Origin: Candidatus Omnitrophota bacterium
GTDB lineage: Bacteria; Omnitrophota; Gorgyraeia; Aquiviventales; Aquiviventaceae
Length of the DNA: 64,000 nt
NCBI GenBank assembly: GCA_016192545.1
Contig: JACPTX010000053.1
Coordinates: 1,129-65,128 of the forward strand
Direction of reading: 5' to 3'
Shown here: one piece after another, positions 52,222 through 61,998 of the stretch
Layout of the letters: every line of letters starts with the position of its first letter
Numbering within the stretch: position 1 is the stretch's first letter
Position numbers and translations under genes: made by a program
Notes under the pieces: generated by a model
The model's input: only the letters and a program-made list of their open reading frames with translations
Database searches by the model: none
What the model was told of the DNA's origin: nothing

Positions 52222-54981
52222 ATGCTTGAGCGCATCTTCACCTTTGGGGCGCGCCGCCGGATCCCCTGCGTCCTCCTGCTCGTCCTCCTCACCGCGATCG
52301 CCGTCAACGGACTCATGAAGCTGCGCATCGACGCAAATTACGACAGCTTCATGAGCGCCAACGACCCCAACTACCCGGCGTACGAGCGCACGATCGAGGA
52401 GTTCGGCTCCGACAACACGACCATCATCTACCTGCGCGACCCGGAGCTGTTCAGCCAGGCGCGTCTGCGGCGGATTGAGGAGCTGGCCTCCGCCCTGTCC
52501 GACCTCGACGCGGTGGAGCGCGTGGAGAGCCTGTTCAGCGCCCTCAACATCCGGGACCAGGAGGGGATGCTGGAAGTCGGCCCCCTGATGGACACGACTC
52601 CCGAGGATCCTGAAGCGCTCGCCCTCGCCAGGTCGAACGCGCTCTACAGCCCTCTCATGAAGCGCAACGTGATTTCGGAGGACGGTCAGGTGACGTCCAT
52701 CACCGTGACCGCCAAGCGCGACCGCAAGGATCCGGACTTTAACAAGAAGTTTTTCCGGGCCGTCGAGGACCTGCTCGCGCCGCTGCGCGGGGAGTTTGAT
52801 GAGGTGTTCCAGATCGGCCCGCCCCGCCTCAACGTGGAAATCGAGCGGGCGATGTTCGCCGATATCTTCCGCCTGACCCCGATGGCGACCGCCTTGCTCA
52901 TGATCACCATCTTCTGCTTCCTGGGAACCGGGATGGCGGCGGTGCTGCCGCTGTTCACGGCGGGCCTCAGCATCATCTGGACGCTCGGCGTTATGGGGTA
53001 CGTGGGGCTTCCGCTGACGCTCTTGACCGCTCTCCTGCCGACGCTGCTGATCGTGATCGGCTCAGCCGAAGATACCCATATGCTCTCGGAGTATCTCCAT
53101 GCGATCGCGAGCGGAAACCCGAGCCACGCCGGGCGGCAGCAGGCGGTCCGCCTCATGGCCAAGAAGATCGCGCTTCCCATCGTCCTCAACACCTTTACGA
53201 CGGTCCTGGGGTTCTACGCGAACGCTGTCAACGACATCATCCTGATCAAGGGATTCGCCTACTCCAGCTCCTTCGCCATGACGGCCAGCTTCGTGTCCAC
53301 CGTGCTGTTCCTGCCGCTGGCCGTGAGCTTCTTTTCGCCCAAGCGCATCCATCTGGCTCCTGAAAACGAGAAGCCCCATGGGCTGGTGGGGAAGCTGGTC
53401 GATGCCTTGGAGCACGTCTCCACGCGATACCGCAAGACCCTGGTGGGGCTGCTCGCCGGCGTGGTTGTGGTGTTTCTCGGCCTGGCCTTGCGGGTCCAGG
53501 TCACCAATGACCCGCTCTCCTATTTCAAGCCGAACACCGTCCTCATCAAAGATTCCAACACGCTCCAGAAGGATCTGGCCGGCATGTCCGTGTTTTTCCT
53601 GACCCTGGAGGCGAAGGAAGCGGGGGCGTTCAAGCGCCCCGAGCTCCTCAGGTCGCTTGACACCATTGACCGCCGGCTGGATGAGCTGGGGTTTGACAAG
53701 GCGCTGTCCCTGGCGGACTTCCTCGCGCTCGTGAACCGCGAGATGCACCAGGGCGATCCGGCCTTTCACCGGGTGCCGGACCGCCAGGACCTGGTCGAGC
53801 AGTACCTCCTGTTCTTCCAGCGGGAGGACCTCGAGCAATACGTGGACCACGACTATCGCGTCGCGAACATGATCGTCCGCCATCATTTCTCTGATTCGCA
53901 CACCCTCAACCAGCAGCTCGCCGTCCTGCAGCGGGAGCTCCCGGCGATCCTGGGCGAGCGCGTCAGTTTCCGGCTGACCGGCGAGAACCTGATGATCAAC
54001 CAGGCGGCCGAGTCGTTGTTCATCGGCGAGGTTCAATCGGTGGGAATGCTGATCAGCGTGATCTTCGTGATCATGTCGCTGCTGTATACCTCCGCCCTCG
54101 CCGGGGTCGTCTCGCTGGTGCCGAACCTCATTCCCATCGTGATCAATTTCGGCACGATGGCCCTGCTCAAGATCCCGCTGAATCCGGGCACCGCCATGGT
54201 CGCCGCGATTGCGATCGGCATCGCGGTGGACGACACCACGCACCTGATGTCCCGCTACAACGACGAGCGCAAGAAGACCGCCGACATGGACGAAGCCCTC
54301 CGGGTGACGGTGTGGGGCGAGGCCGTGCCGGTCATGGCCACGACGGTCTCGCTGGCGCTGGGGTTCGTGATCCTCATGAGCTCCAAGTTCACCATTGTGG
54401 CCCAGTTTGGGCTGCTGTCGGCGATCATCATGATCGTCGGCCTGCTCACCGATATGCTCATCACGCCCCTGCTCCTCAAGCACGTCCGGCTCGTCGGGAT
54501 CTGGGACATCCTGGCCCTCAAGGTCGGCCGGGAGGTGGTGTCCCGCAGCCCGCTGTTCGAGGGGATGTCTAAGTTCCAGATCAAGAAGGCCATCCTCCTG
54601 TCCCGCCTCGTGACCGTGCCGCAAAGCCAGGACGTCCTCGTCCAGGGCACCAGAGGGCGGAATATGTACGTGGTGCTCTCCGGGGCCGTGGACGTCCTGC
54701 GGACCCAGGAGGCCCGCACAGAACGGATCGCGACGCTGAGGCCGGGGGAGATCTTCGGCGAGGTGGGGTATAGCCAGGAAACGGAGCGGACGGCCACGGT
54801 GCGCGCGGCCGCCGAGGTCACGCTGCTTGAGCTGGAGTTCTCGTCCGTCCAAAAAGCCCTGCGATGGTACCCTCAGATTGCCGCGCACCTCAACCTGAAC
54901 ATCAGCCGGATTCTCGGGACGCGGCTGGCCGGCATGCATGCGAGAACGGCCCACCTGGGCCTGGCGGATGCCAAGGCCTGA
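52222..54981 (+). CDS. RND/MMPL-type (HAE3-like) exporter fused to a C-terminal cyclic-nucleotide-binding domain
   Basis: 919 aa with two 6-TM bundles and large periplasmic loops. The last ~140 aa (SPLFEGMSKFQIKKAILLSRLVTVPQSQDVLVQGTRGRNMYVVLSGAVDV...LRPGEIFGEVGY...RTATVRA) form a cNMP-binding (CAP-family) domain. Confidence 0.8.
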   Translation: MLERIFTFGARRRIPCVLLLVLLTAIAVNGLMKLRIDANYDSFMSANDPNYPAYERTIEEFGSDNTTIIYLRDPELFSQARLRRIEELASALSDLDAVERVESLFSALNIRDQEGMLEVGPLMDTTPEDPEALALARSNALYSPLMKRNVISEDGQVTSITVTAKRDRKDPDFNKKFFRAVEDLLAPLRGEFDEVFQIGPPRLNVEIERAMFADIFRLTPMATALLMITIFCFLGTGMAAVLPLFTAGLSIIWTLGVMGYVGLPLTLLTALLPTLLIVIGSAEDTHMLSEYLHAIASGNPSHAGRQQAVRLMAKKIALPIVLNTFTTVLGFYANAVNDIILIKGFAYSSSFAMTASFVSTVLFLPLAVSFFSPKRIHLAPENEKPHGLVGKLVDALEHVSTRYRKTLVGLLAGVVVVFLGLALRVQVTNDPLSYFKPNTVLIKDSNTLQKDLAGMSVFFLTLEAKEAGAFKRPELLRSLDTIDRRLDELGFDKALSLADFLALVNREMHQGDPAFHRVPDRQDLVEQYLLFFQREDLEQYVDHDYRVANMIVRHHFSDSHTLNQQLAVLQRELPAILGERVSFRLTGENLMINQAAESLFIGEVQSVGMLISVIFVIMSLLYTSALAGVVSLVPNLIPIVINFGTMALLKIPLNPGTAMVAAIAIGIAVDDTTHLMSRYNDERKKTADMDEALRVTVWGEAVPVMATTVSLALGFVILMSSKFTIVAQFGLLSAIIMIVGLLTDMLITPLLLKHVRLVGIWDILALKVGREVVSRSPLFEGMSKFQIKKAILLSRLVTVPQSQDVLVQGTRGRNMYVVLSGAVDVLRTQEARTERIATLRPGEIFGEVGYSQETERTATVRAAAEVTLLELEFSSVQKALRWYPQIAAHLNLNISRILGTRLAGMHARTAHLGLADAKA

Positions 54982-56335
54982 CCCGCGCGGCCTGGCCGCC
55001 CTGGTCGTGCTGATGCCGCTCGCGGCGTCCGCGGCCGAGGGCGAGGACAGGAACTTCGTGCGCGATTTCGTGCGCGCGGCGACCTACACCGTGGAGGGCT
55101 ACACGAGCGTCTTCTCGCAGACCTTCCCCTCGACGCCGGACCGGATCGGGGACGACAAGGCCGTCACGTTCTGGAGCAAGGCCACGGCGAAATCCCAGGC
55201 CGCCCTCCTGGGTGGCCTGAGCCTGAAGCTGGCGCTCTTCGCCGTGTATTCCGCCTATGAGGATGAGCGGCGGGGCGTGTTTGCGTCGCCGGATAACGAG
55301 AAGCCGTACTCGCGGTACCTCGATTTTAAGGAGCTCAACCTCCGGTACGACCGCAAGGCCTTTGCGCTGATTCTGGGACGGGCGCCTGTCACCGTCGGCC
55401 TTGCGACCCTCTACTCACCCGCCAACCGCTACCGGACCCTCGACACGACGAACCCCATGTATCCGGACGACCTGGGCGCGTGGCAGGCCAGCCTGGACTG
55501 GTTCCTCGGGGACAACACGCTCAGGGTTTCGGTCCTGCCCATCGAAGAACGCTCCCTATCTCCACACGGCGGCGTCTCCCGATGGCTGGGCGAGTCTGAG
55601 GAGGGCTTCAGCTCCTCGTCTTCAGGAACCGGCTCAGGAGGCGGGGCGACCGGGCTGACCCTGCCGGCAGGCGTGAATGCCCAGACGGTCTTTCGCAACC
55701 GGCCCGGCTACCTGCTGAAGTTCAGCGGGGTCGCGACCGGCGTGGATTACTTCGCCGCCGCGCACTACGGCCCCTCCATCTTCCCCACCCTGCAGAATCC
55801 ATTAGGGAATGAGTACACCATCGAGATGCCGATGGCGGCGGATTGCTCAGGAGGGGCGACGGTCACCCGGGGGGCGCTGGAAGTCCATGGCGAGAGCATC
55901 TACCAGGCCGCTGAAGGGAATGATGACCAGGATTTCGTCAAGTACGTCATCGGCGCCTCCTACCGTGAAACGGCCGTGGCCGAGCGCCTTGGGTTCGATG
56001 AGATCACCCCGGTGGTCGAGTACGCGGGCGAGTGGGTGACCGATGGCCAGGACAACCCGGGCGTCACCCTGCCTTCCGAAGAGGCGCGGCCGCTCCGGAA
56101 TTCGCTGTTGTTCAAACTCGACCTCATGCCCAGCGACAAGCTCACCATTACGCTCGGCGGCGTCCAGAACTTCAGCACGGACGACCACTCCGAGAGCATC
56201 GGCCTCGAGTACAAGCCGAACTACAACCTGACGTTCAGGGCGTATTGGGCGCGGTTCAAGGGGACGACCGACTCCCCCCTTGGCCGCTGGGACCGGAACG
56301 ACCACCTGGCATTTGGCGTGAAGAGAGTCTTCTGA
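54968..56335 (+). CDS. Predicted outer-membrane beta-barrel protein
   Basis: Signal peptide MPRPDPRGLAALVVLMPLAASAA. Alternating-hydrophobicity strands and the terminal ...HLAFGVKRVF aromatic OMP signature. Overlaps the RND gene end. Confidence 0.55.
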   Translation: MPRPDPRGLAALVVLMPLAASAAEGEDRNFVRDFVRAATYTVEGYTSVFSQTFPSTPDRIGDDKAVTFWSKATAKSQAALLGGLSLKLALFAVYSAYEDERRGVFASPDNEKPYSRYLDFKELNLRYDRKAFALILGRAPVTVGLATLYSPANRYRTLDTTNPMYPDDLGAWQASLDWFLGDNTLRVSVLPIEERSLSPHGGVSRWLGESEEGFSSSSSGTGSGGGATGLTLPAGVNAQTVFRNRPGYLLKFSGVATGVDYFAAAHYGPSIFPTLQNPLGNEYTIEMPMAADCSGGATVTRGALEVHGESIYQAAEGNDDQDFVKYVIGASYRETAVAERLGFDEITPVVEYAGEWVTDGQDNPGVTLPSEEARPLRNSLLFKLDLMPSDKLTITLGGVQNFSTDDHSESIGLEYKPNYNLTFRAYWARFKGTTDSPLGRWDRNDHLAFGVKRVF

Positions 56336-56454
56336 AGCCCTTCTAAAACCCCCGGGAATCAGGCACACTAGAGGGTAACTGGGACGAGGGCGCCGCGATG
56401 AACCCATTCGACTTCGCTCAGGGTTCATGGTGAGCGAGTGAAACGAGTCGAACC

Positions 56455-57576
56455 ATGAAGATCCTCGGGATTTCGTACGTCGTGCCAAGCCGGAAGGTCA
56501 CCAACGACATGGTGATCGAGGCGATCCTGCGCCTCAGCCGGAAACACCTCTCGTGGATCAAGCGGAAAATCCTGGTCACCAAGCTGGAGGAGGCCTTTAA
56601 AAAGTGCGGGACGGTCGTCCGCTATGTCCGCTCCCTCCCGACTGAATCGCGCCATCCCAAGGGGGAGCGCGCGCTGGATCTCACGGTCAGGGCGGGGCGG
56701 GACGCGCTGCAGAAAGCCGGCGTCAACCCCGAAGACATCGACCTGCTGATCTATACCGGGGTGGGGCGGGGGTGGCTGGAGCCGGCCATGGCCAACGTGT
56801 TCCAGAGCGAGCTCGGCCTGACACGGGCGACGTGCTTTGACGTGATGGACGCCTGCGCGAGCTGGATGAGGAGCATGGCCATCGCCAAGACCTTCATTGA
56901 GCAGGGCACGTACAAGACCGTGATGATCCTCAATTCGGAGTTCAATGTCCGGGAATTCGGCGCCTCGTACGTCATCGAGCGCCTGCACGACCTCTATGAC
57001 CTCTTTGCCGGCTACACGATCGGGGAGGCGACCACCGCCACGATCGTGGGCGCCAACGGCAATCCGAACGATTTCTATTTCACGTTCAGGACGTGGGGAT
57101 CGCAGTACCACCTCTGCCAGATCCCCCTGCCCAACGCCTGGGACTATACGCCCGACCCGTCCACCAATCATGCCAAGCCCATGGTGTTCTACGCCAAGTC
57201 GCGGGAGCTCTTGACGTTCACCGTGCAGAAGCTGTGGGAGCATTTCCGAAGCGATCCCTATCTGTCCACGAAACGCTACGACATCATCTTCCCGCACGAC
57301 GTCAGCGACGTGTCCACCATCATGGCCACGCAGCTGGCGGGCCTCGATCCGCAGCTGCTGTACCGCACGCACAGCCGGTACGGAAACACCGTCTCCGCCA
57401 CGATTCCGTTGGGGATGGCGCTCGCCTTGGAAGAAGGCAGGCTCAAGTCCGGCATGGAGGTCTTGCTCGCCTGTGGAAGCGCCGGCGTCTCGACGGCGTT
57501 CTGCGCGTTCAAGTACGCGGCCCACATGCCGCAGGCATCCGGCGAGGAGCTCGCCGGCGTCATCACGCATTCCTAA
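56455..57576 (+). CDS. oleA: OleA-like thiolase (KAS III superfamily, head-to-head Claisen condensation)
   Basis: 373 aa with WLEPAMANV, the active-site context FDVMDACASW and GNTVSATIPLG. Immediately followed by oleB, oleC and oleD homologues. Confidence 0.7.
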   Translation: MKILGISYVVPSRKVTNDMVIEAILRLSRKHLSWIKRKILVTKLEEAFKKCGTVVRYVRSLPTESRHPKGERALDLTVRAGRDALQKAGVNPEDIDLLIYTGVGRGWLEPAMANVFQSELGLTRATCFDVMDACASWMRSMAIAKTFIEQGTYKTVMILNSEFNVREFGASYVIERLHDLYDLFAGYTIGEATTATIVGANGNPNDFYFTFRTWGSQYHLCQIPLPNAWDYTPDPSTNHAKPMVFYAKSRELLTFTVQKLWEHFRSDPYLSTKRYDIIFPHDVSDVSTIMATQLAGLDPQLLYRTHSRYGNTVSATIPLGMALALEEGRLKSGMEVLLACGSAGVSTAFCAFKYAAHMPQASGEELAGVITHS

Positions 57577-57587
57577 CACCTTCCCAC

Positions 57588-58505
57588 GTGGCGTTGGCGC
57601 AGGACCGCTTCAAGGCGCTCTACCCGTTCGACTCCCATTGGTTGGATCTCGGAGGCCTGCGGTACCACTATGTGGATGAAGGCCGCGGGGAGCCGGTCGT
57701 CCTCCTCCACGGCAATCCGACGTGGTCCTTCTACTATCGCCGCCTCATTCTGGATCTTCGGCAGCGCTACCGCGTCATCGCCCCGGACCACATCGGCTGC
57801 GGCTTCTCCGACAAGCCGCAGCGGTATGCCTACACGCTCGAGCGGCACATCGCGAACGTCCAGGCCCTGATCGAGCGTCTGGGGTTGGCGCGCCTCAGCC
57901 TCGTCATGCACGATTGGGGCGGGCCGATTGGCATGGGCTACGCCGCGCGCCATCCGCACGCGGTGGCCCGCTTCGTGGTCTTGAATACCGCGGCCTTTTG
58001 GATGCCCCGCTTCATGCCTCTGCGCCTCCGCCTGTGCCTCGTCCCGGTGGTGAGCGAATGGGCGATCCGGCGCTTCAACCTCTTTGCGCGGTCGGCCCTG
58101 GCGGTGGCCTGCCGGCATCAGGAGCGCATGACGCCCGAGGTGAAGGCGGGCTACCTCGCCCCCTACGACAGCTACGCCAACCGGATTGCGACGGTGCGAT
58201 TCGTGCAGGACATCCCGCGCACCAAATCCCATACCAGCTATCGCGCGCTCGAAGCCGTCGAGCAGGGCCTGGCGCAGTTGGCCCGCCATCCGATGCTGAT
58301 CATCTGGGGGGCCAGGGACCCGGTGTTCACCACGGCGGTCCTCAGGTCATGGCAGGAGCGGTTCCCGCGCGCCATCGTGAAATCCCTCGAGGACGCGGGG
58401 CATTACGTGATGGAAGACGCCTCTGAGCGGATCATCCCCTGGGTGAACGAGTTCCTAACGAAAAGTGACAGTCACTTTTCCAGTAAGGACCCGCATGAAA
58501 AGTGA
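57588..58505 (+). CDS. oleB: OleB-like alpha/beta hydrolase (haloalkane-dehalogenase-like beta-lactone decarboxylase)
   Basis: GTG start at 57588, 12 nt after the oleA stop. Contains YPFDSHWLDLGGLRYHYVDEG, LLHGNPTWSFYYRRLI, APDHIGCGFSDKP and VMHDWGGPIG. The last ~14 codons are repeat-encoded. Confidence 0.8.
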   Translation: MALAQDRFKALYPFDSHWLDLGGLRYHYVDEGRGEPVVLLHGNPTWSFYYRRLILDLRQRYRVIAPDHIGCGFSDKPQRYAYTLERHIANVQALIERLGLARLSLVMHDWGGPIGMGYAARHPHAVARFVVLNTAAFWMPRFMPLRLRLCLVPVVSEWAIRRFNLFARSALAVACRHQERMTPEVKAGYLAPYDSYANRIATVRFVQDIPRTKSHTSYRALEAVEQGLAQLARHPMLIIWGARDPVFTTAVLRSWQERFPRAIVKSLEDAGHYVMEDASERIIPWVNEFLTKSDSHFSSKDPHEK

Positions 58506-58518
58506 CTGTCACTTTTTC
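58460..58518. repeat. Paired AAAAGTGACWGTCACTTTT repeats (family 2) at the oleB/oleC junction
   Basis: GAAAAGTGACAGTCACTTTTC (58460-80) and GAAAAGTGACTGTCACTTTTTC (58497-518). The oleB stop TGA (58503-05) lies inside the second copy. Confidence 0.9.
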
Positions 58519-58522
58519 TGTG

Positions 58523-60145
58523 ATGAGCGCTAACATCGCCTCCCGCCTGACCGCGTTCGCCCGCCAGGACCCCTCCCGGCTTGCCCTCGTCTGCCCGCGC
58601 GGCCGCCGCATGACCTTTCAGCAGTTGGAGGAGGAGACGGACCGGTATGCCCACGGCCTGACCGCGCTGGGGATCACCCGAGGGATGCGGGTGCTCATGC
58701 TCGTGCCGCCGGGGGCGGAGTTCTTCGCGCTGATGTGCGCCCTCCTCAAGATGGGAGCGGTCGCGATCCTCATCGATCCCGGGATGGGGAAAACCAACTT
58801 GCTGCATTGCATCCAAGACGTTGAGCCGCAGGCACTGATCGCGGTTCCAGTGGTCCACCTCTTACGCATGCTCTCCCGCAGCTCGTTCCGCCACGTGAGG
58901 TACTCGGTGACCGTAGGCCGCAGATGGTGGTGGGACGGTCCAACCCATGCACAGATCAGACGGACCAAGAGGGAACCCTTCCCCGCGGCGCTGACGGATC
59001 GTGAGGAGCTGGCGGCGATTGTCTTCACGACCGGGAGCACCGGGATCCCGAAAGGGGTCCAGTACCTCCACGCGACGCTCGACGCGCAGGCCGACTCCAT
59101 CCACCGCGCGTTCCACCTCACGCCCGATCAGGTCGTGCTGGCAGCTTATCCTCCCTTTGCGCTGTTTTGCCTGGCGCTGGGAGCCACCTGCGTGCTGCCC
59201 GCCATGAATCCTGCCAAACCGGCTGAGGTGAATCCCGGCCCTGTCGTCGAGCTGATCCGACGGTATCAGGTCACCATGTCGCTCGGCTCGCCGGCATTCT
59301 GGGACCCCGTCAGCCGGTACTGCCTGGCCCGGCAGATCCGGCTTCCCTCTCTCAAGACGATCCTCATGTTCGGGGCCCCGGTCGCTGAGCCGATCCTGCA
59401 ACGGCTCAGCGAGATCCTGCCGGCCGGGGCGGACGCCTTCACGCCGTACGGCGCCACGGAAGCCCTGCCCCTCACTTCGATCTCGGGTTCGGAGATCCTC
59501 CGGGAGACCGGCGCGCTCACGCGCCGGGGCGCCGGCGCTTGCGTGGGGCAGGCGCTTTCGGGCATCACCCTGAAGATTCTCCGGATCAGCGACGAACCCA
59601 TTCCCACGTGGGACGAGGCGCTGGTGCTTCCCCCGGGGCAGATCGGCGAGATCGTGGTGAAGGGCCCGGTGGTGACCGCCGCCTATGACCATCGGGAGCC
59701 TGAGACGGCCCTGGCGAAGATCCATGAGGGCGCGACGGTGTGGCACCGGATGGGCGACGTGGGGTATCTGGATGAGCGGCAGCGGCTGTGGTTCTGCGGC
59801 CGCAAGGCCCACCGCGTGGCGGCCGGAGACAAGACGCTGTTTACGGTCCGGTGCGAAGCCGTGTTCAACCAGCATCCCGATGTGGCCCGGTCCGCGCTCG
59901 TCGGCGTGGGGCCCAGGGGCGCCCAGCAGCCCCTGATCGTGATCGAGCCCGCGCCGGGGAAGATGCCGAAAAGCCGTCAGGCCGCCGCGCGATTCAGGCA
60001 GGAGCTGCTCGAGCTGGGAAGCCGCAACGACCTGACGCGGGACATCGCCCAGGTGCTCTTCCACCCGCATCTGCCTGTCGATTTCCGGCATAATGCGAAG
60101 ATCCTTCGAGAGCAGCTGGCGGTGTGGGCGGCGAGAGGTTCATGA
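58523..60145 (+). CDS. oleC: OleC-like AMP-dependent synthetase (beta-lactone synthetase)
   Basis: Start at ATG 58523 (MSANIASRL...). Contains LLKMGAVAILIDPGMG and FTTGSTGIPKG, the adenylate-forming core. Confidence 0.8.
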   Translation: MSANIASRLTAFARQDPSRLALVCPRGRRMTFQQLEEETDRYAHGLTALGITRGMRVLMLVPPGAEFFALMCALLKMGAVAILIDPGMGKTNLLHCIQDVEPQALIAVPVVHLLRMLSRSSFRHVRYSVTVGRRWWWDGPTHAQIRRTKREPFPAALTDREELAAIVFTTGSTGIPKGVQYLHATLDAQADSIHRAFHLTPDQVVLAAYPPFALFCLALGATCVLPAMNPAKPAEVNPGPVVELIRRYQVTMSLGSPAFWDPVSRYCLARQIRLPSLKTILMFGAPVAEPILQRLSEILPAGADAFTPYGATEALPLTSISGSEILRETGALTRRGAGACVGQALSGITLKILRISDEPIPTWDEALVLPPGQIGEIVVKGPVVTAAYDHREPETALAKIHEGATVWHRMGDVGYLDERQRLWFCGRKAHRVAAGDKTLFTVRCEAVFNQHPDVARSALVGVGPRGAQQPLIVIEPAPGKMPKSRQAAARFRQELLELGSRNDLTRDIAQVLFHPHLPVDFRHNAKILREQLAVWAARGS

Positions 60146-61155
60146 GGGCGCTCGTCACCGGCGGGGGCGGATTTCTCGGGCGGTACATCGTGGAGCGGCT
60201 GGTCGCCCGCGGCGATGCCGTCCGCGTCCTGGGACGCCGCCGCTACCCGGAGTTGGAGCCGCTTGGCGTGGAGACGGTCCAGGCGGATGTGCGGGATGAA
60301 GCCGCCGTGGTGAGGGCCTGCGCAGGGATCGAGGTGGTCTTCCACACCGCGGCGCACGTCGTCGTCTGGGGACGGTGGAGAGACTGCTACGAGACCAACG
60401 TGCAAGGCACCCGCCACGTGCTCACCGGCTGCCAGGCGCAGGGCGTCCGCCGGCTCGTCTATACCAGCACCCCCAGCGTGATCTTCGACGGCTCGGATCT
60501 GTGCGGCGTGAATGAGACCGTTCCCTACCCTGCGCGCTACACCTCCGCCTATCCGGCGACCAAGGCCCTCGCGGAGCGCGCGGTCATTGAGGCCAACGGC
60601 CGGCACGGCCTCCTCACCGCCGCCCTGCGGCCGCACCTGCTCTGGGGCCCCCGGGATCCCCATCTCCTGCCCACGATCCTCCAGCGCGCCCGAGCCGGGC
60701 AGCTCGTCATCGTGGGGGATGGAGCCAATCAGGTGGATCTCACCTACGTGGAGAACGGGGCGGACGCCCATCTGTTGGCCGCGGACCGCCTCACGCCCGG
60801 CTCGCCGGTCGCGGGACAGGTGTATTTCATCAGCCAGGGCCGACCCGTGGTGCTCTGGGAGTTTCTCAACCAGGTGTTCAGGAAGCTCGGGATCGCTCCC
60901 GTGAGCAGACGGATCTCCCGCCGGACCGCGCGCGTCCTCGGGGCCGTGAATGAGCTGGGCTATCGCCTCCTGCCGGTTGGGGAACCGCGGATCACGCGCT
61001 TGCTGGCCGATGAGCTTGCGACGTCCCACTACTTCGACATCTCCAAGGCCAGACGGGACCTTGGCTACGAGCCGCGCGTGAGCCTGGAGGAGGGGCTGGA
61101 ACGGTTCATCGCTTTTCTTGACAGGTCAGGGGCGCCGGATGGTAAGATGCCCTGA
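60142..61155 (+). CDS. oleD: OleD-like NAD(P)H-dependent reductase (3-beta-HSD/extended SDR family)
   Basis: Start at ATG 60142 (ATGA junction with oleC). Contains MRALVTGGGGFLGRYIVERL and YPATKALAE (YxxxK). Confidence 0.8.
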   Translation: MRALVTGGGGFLGRYIVERLVARGDAVRVLGRRRYPELEPLGVETVQADVRDEAAVVRACAGIEVVFHTAAHVVVWGRWRDCYETNVQGTRHVLTGCQAQGVRRLVYTSTPSVIFDGSDLCGVNETVPYPARYTSAYPATKALAERAVIEANGRHGLLTAALRPHLLWGPRDPHLLPTILQRARAGQLVIVGDGANQVDLTYVENGADAHLLAADRLTPGSPVAGQVYFISQGRPVVLWEFLNQVFRKLGIAPVSRRISRRTARVLGAVNELGYRLLPVGEPRITRLLADELATSHYFDISKARRDLGYEPRVSLEEGLERFIAFLDRSGAPDGKMP

Positions 61156-61185
61156 GGACGTGCATCAACGAGGGGAACGACTCCG

Positions 61186-61998
61186 ATGCGAGTGATCATC
61201 CATGGGGCGCGAAGCGGCCGTCCGGTGTCGGGCGCACCGTACCGCCGGTATGGCGGCAGCACGTCCTGCTTCAGCGTGGAAACCGGGCAGGGGCTCATCA
61301 TCCTCGATGCGGGAACCGGCCTCGCGTCGATCGGGGAGGAGCTGGCCCGGCGCGCGACGGTGCCTCCCATCGCGATCTTCTTCACGCATTTTCACCTGGA
61401 CCACGTCATGGGCCTGCCCGCTTTTCAGCCCTTCTACCAGCGGGGGGTCGAGGTGACCCTGCGGGGATACGCGGAGCAGGCCGCGCCGTGGCCGCACACA
61501 CTCAAGACCGTCTTCGGCAAGCCCCTCTGGCCTGTCGAGCTGCTGGAGGCCGGGGCGGCGATCCGCTTCGAGGATCTGCCGCGGCAGGGCTCGCTCGCGG
61601 TGTCCGGGGCCACGGTGTCCTGGTGCCCGCTCTGGCATCCCCAGACGTCCCTGAGCTACCGCCTCGAGGTGGCGGGCCGCGCGATCGTCCTCGCGACGGA
61701 CGGGGAACACGGCCAGGCGGACTTGGACCGGGCCTTCCTGGAATTCTGCCGCGGCGCCGAGGTGTTGATCCACGATGCCCAGTACACCCCGGACGACTAC
61801 CCGCGTCACCGCGGCTGGGGGCACACGACCTGGGAACAGGCGGCCCGGCGCGCCGCGCAGGCCGGTGTGGGCCGGCTCATCCTCACCTCGCACGATCCCA
61901 GCCGGTCGGATGACGAAATCGACCGGATCGTGGAACAGGCCAAGCGCATCTTTCCCAACACGTCGGCGGCCGCCGAACAGATGGTGCTCGCCGACTGA
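61186..61998 (+). CDS. MBL-fold metallo-hydrolase
   Basis: 270 aa with ILDAGTG, FFTHFHLDHVMGLP (HxHxDH) and LIHDAQY. Confidence 0.8.
   Translation: MRVIIHGARSGRPVSGAPYRRYGGSTSCFSVETGQGLIILDAGTGLASIGEELARRATVPPIAIFFTHFHLDHVMGLPAFQPFYQRGVEVTLRGYAEQAAPWPHTLKTVFGKPLWPVELLEAGAAIRFEDLPRQGSLAVSGATVSWCPLWHPQTSLSYRLEVAGRAIVLATDGEHGQADLDRAFLEFCRGAEVLIHDAQYTPDDYPRHRGWGHTTWEQAARRAAQAGVGRLILTSHDPSRSDDEIDRIVEQAKRIFPNTSAAAEQMVLAD

Noticed and set aside
53062-54954. 630-aa ORF on the minus strand
   Set aside because: Antisense to the RND exporter gene.
57093-57587. N-terminal 165 codons of the 470-aa ORF-track version of oleB
   Set aside because: This part overlaps oleA out of frame and is Arg/Pro/Ala-rich. 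Homology to OleB begins right after a GTG at 57588, 12 nt past the oleA stop.
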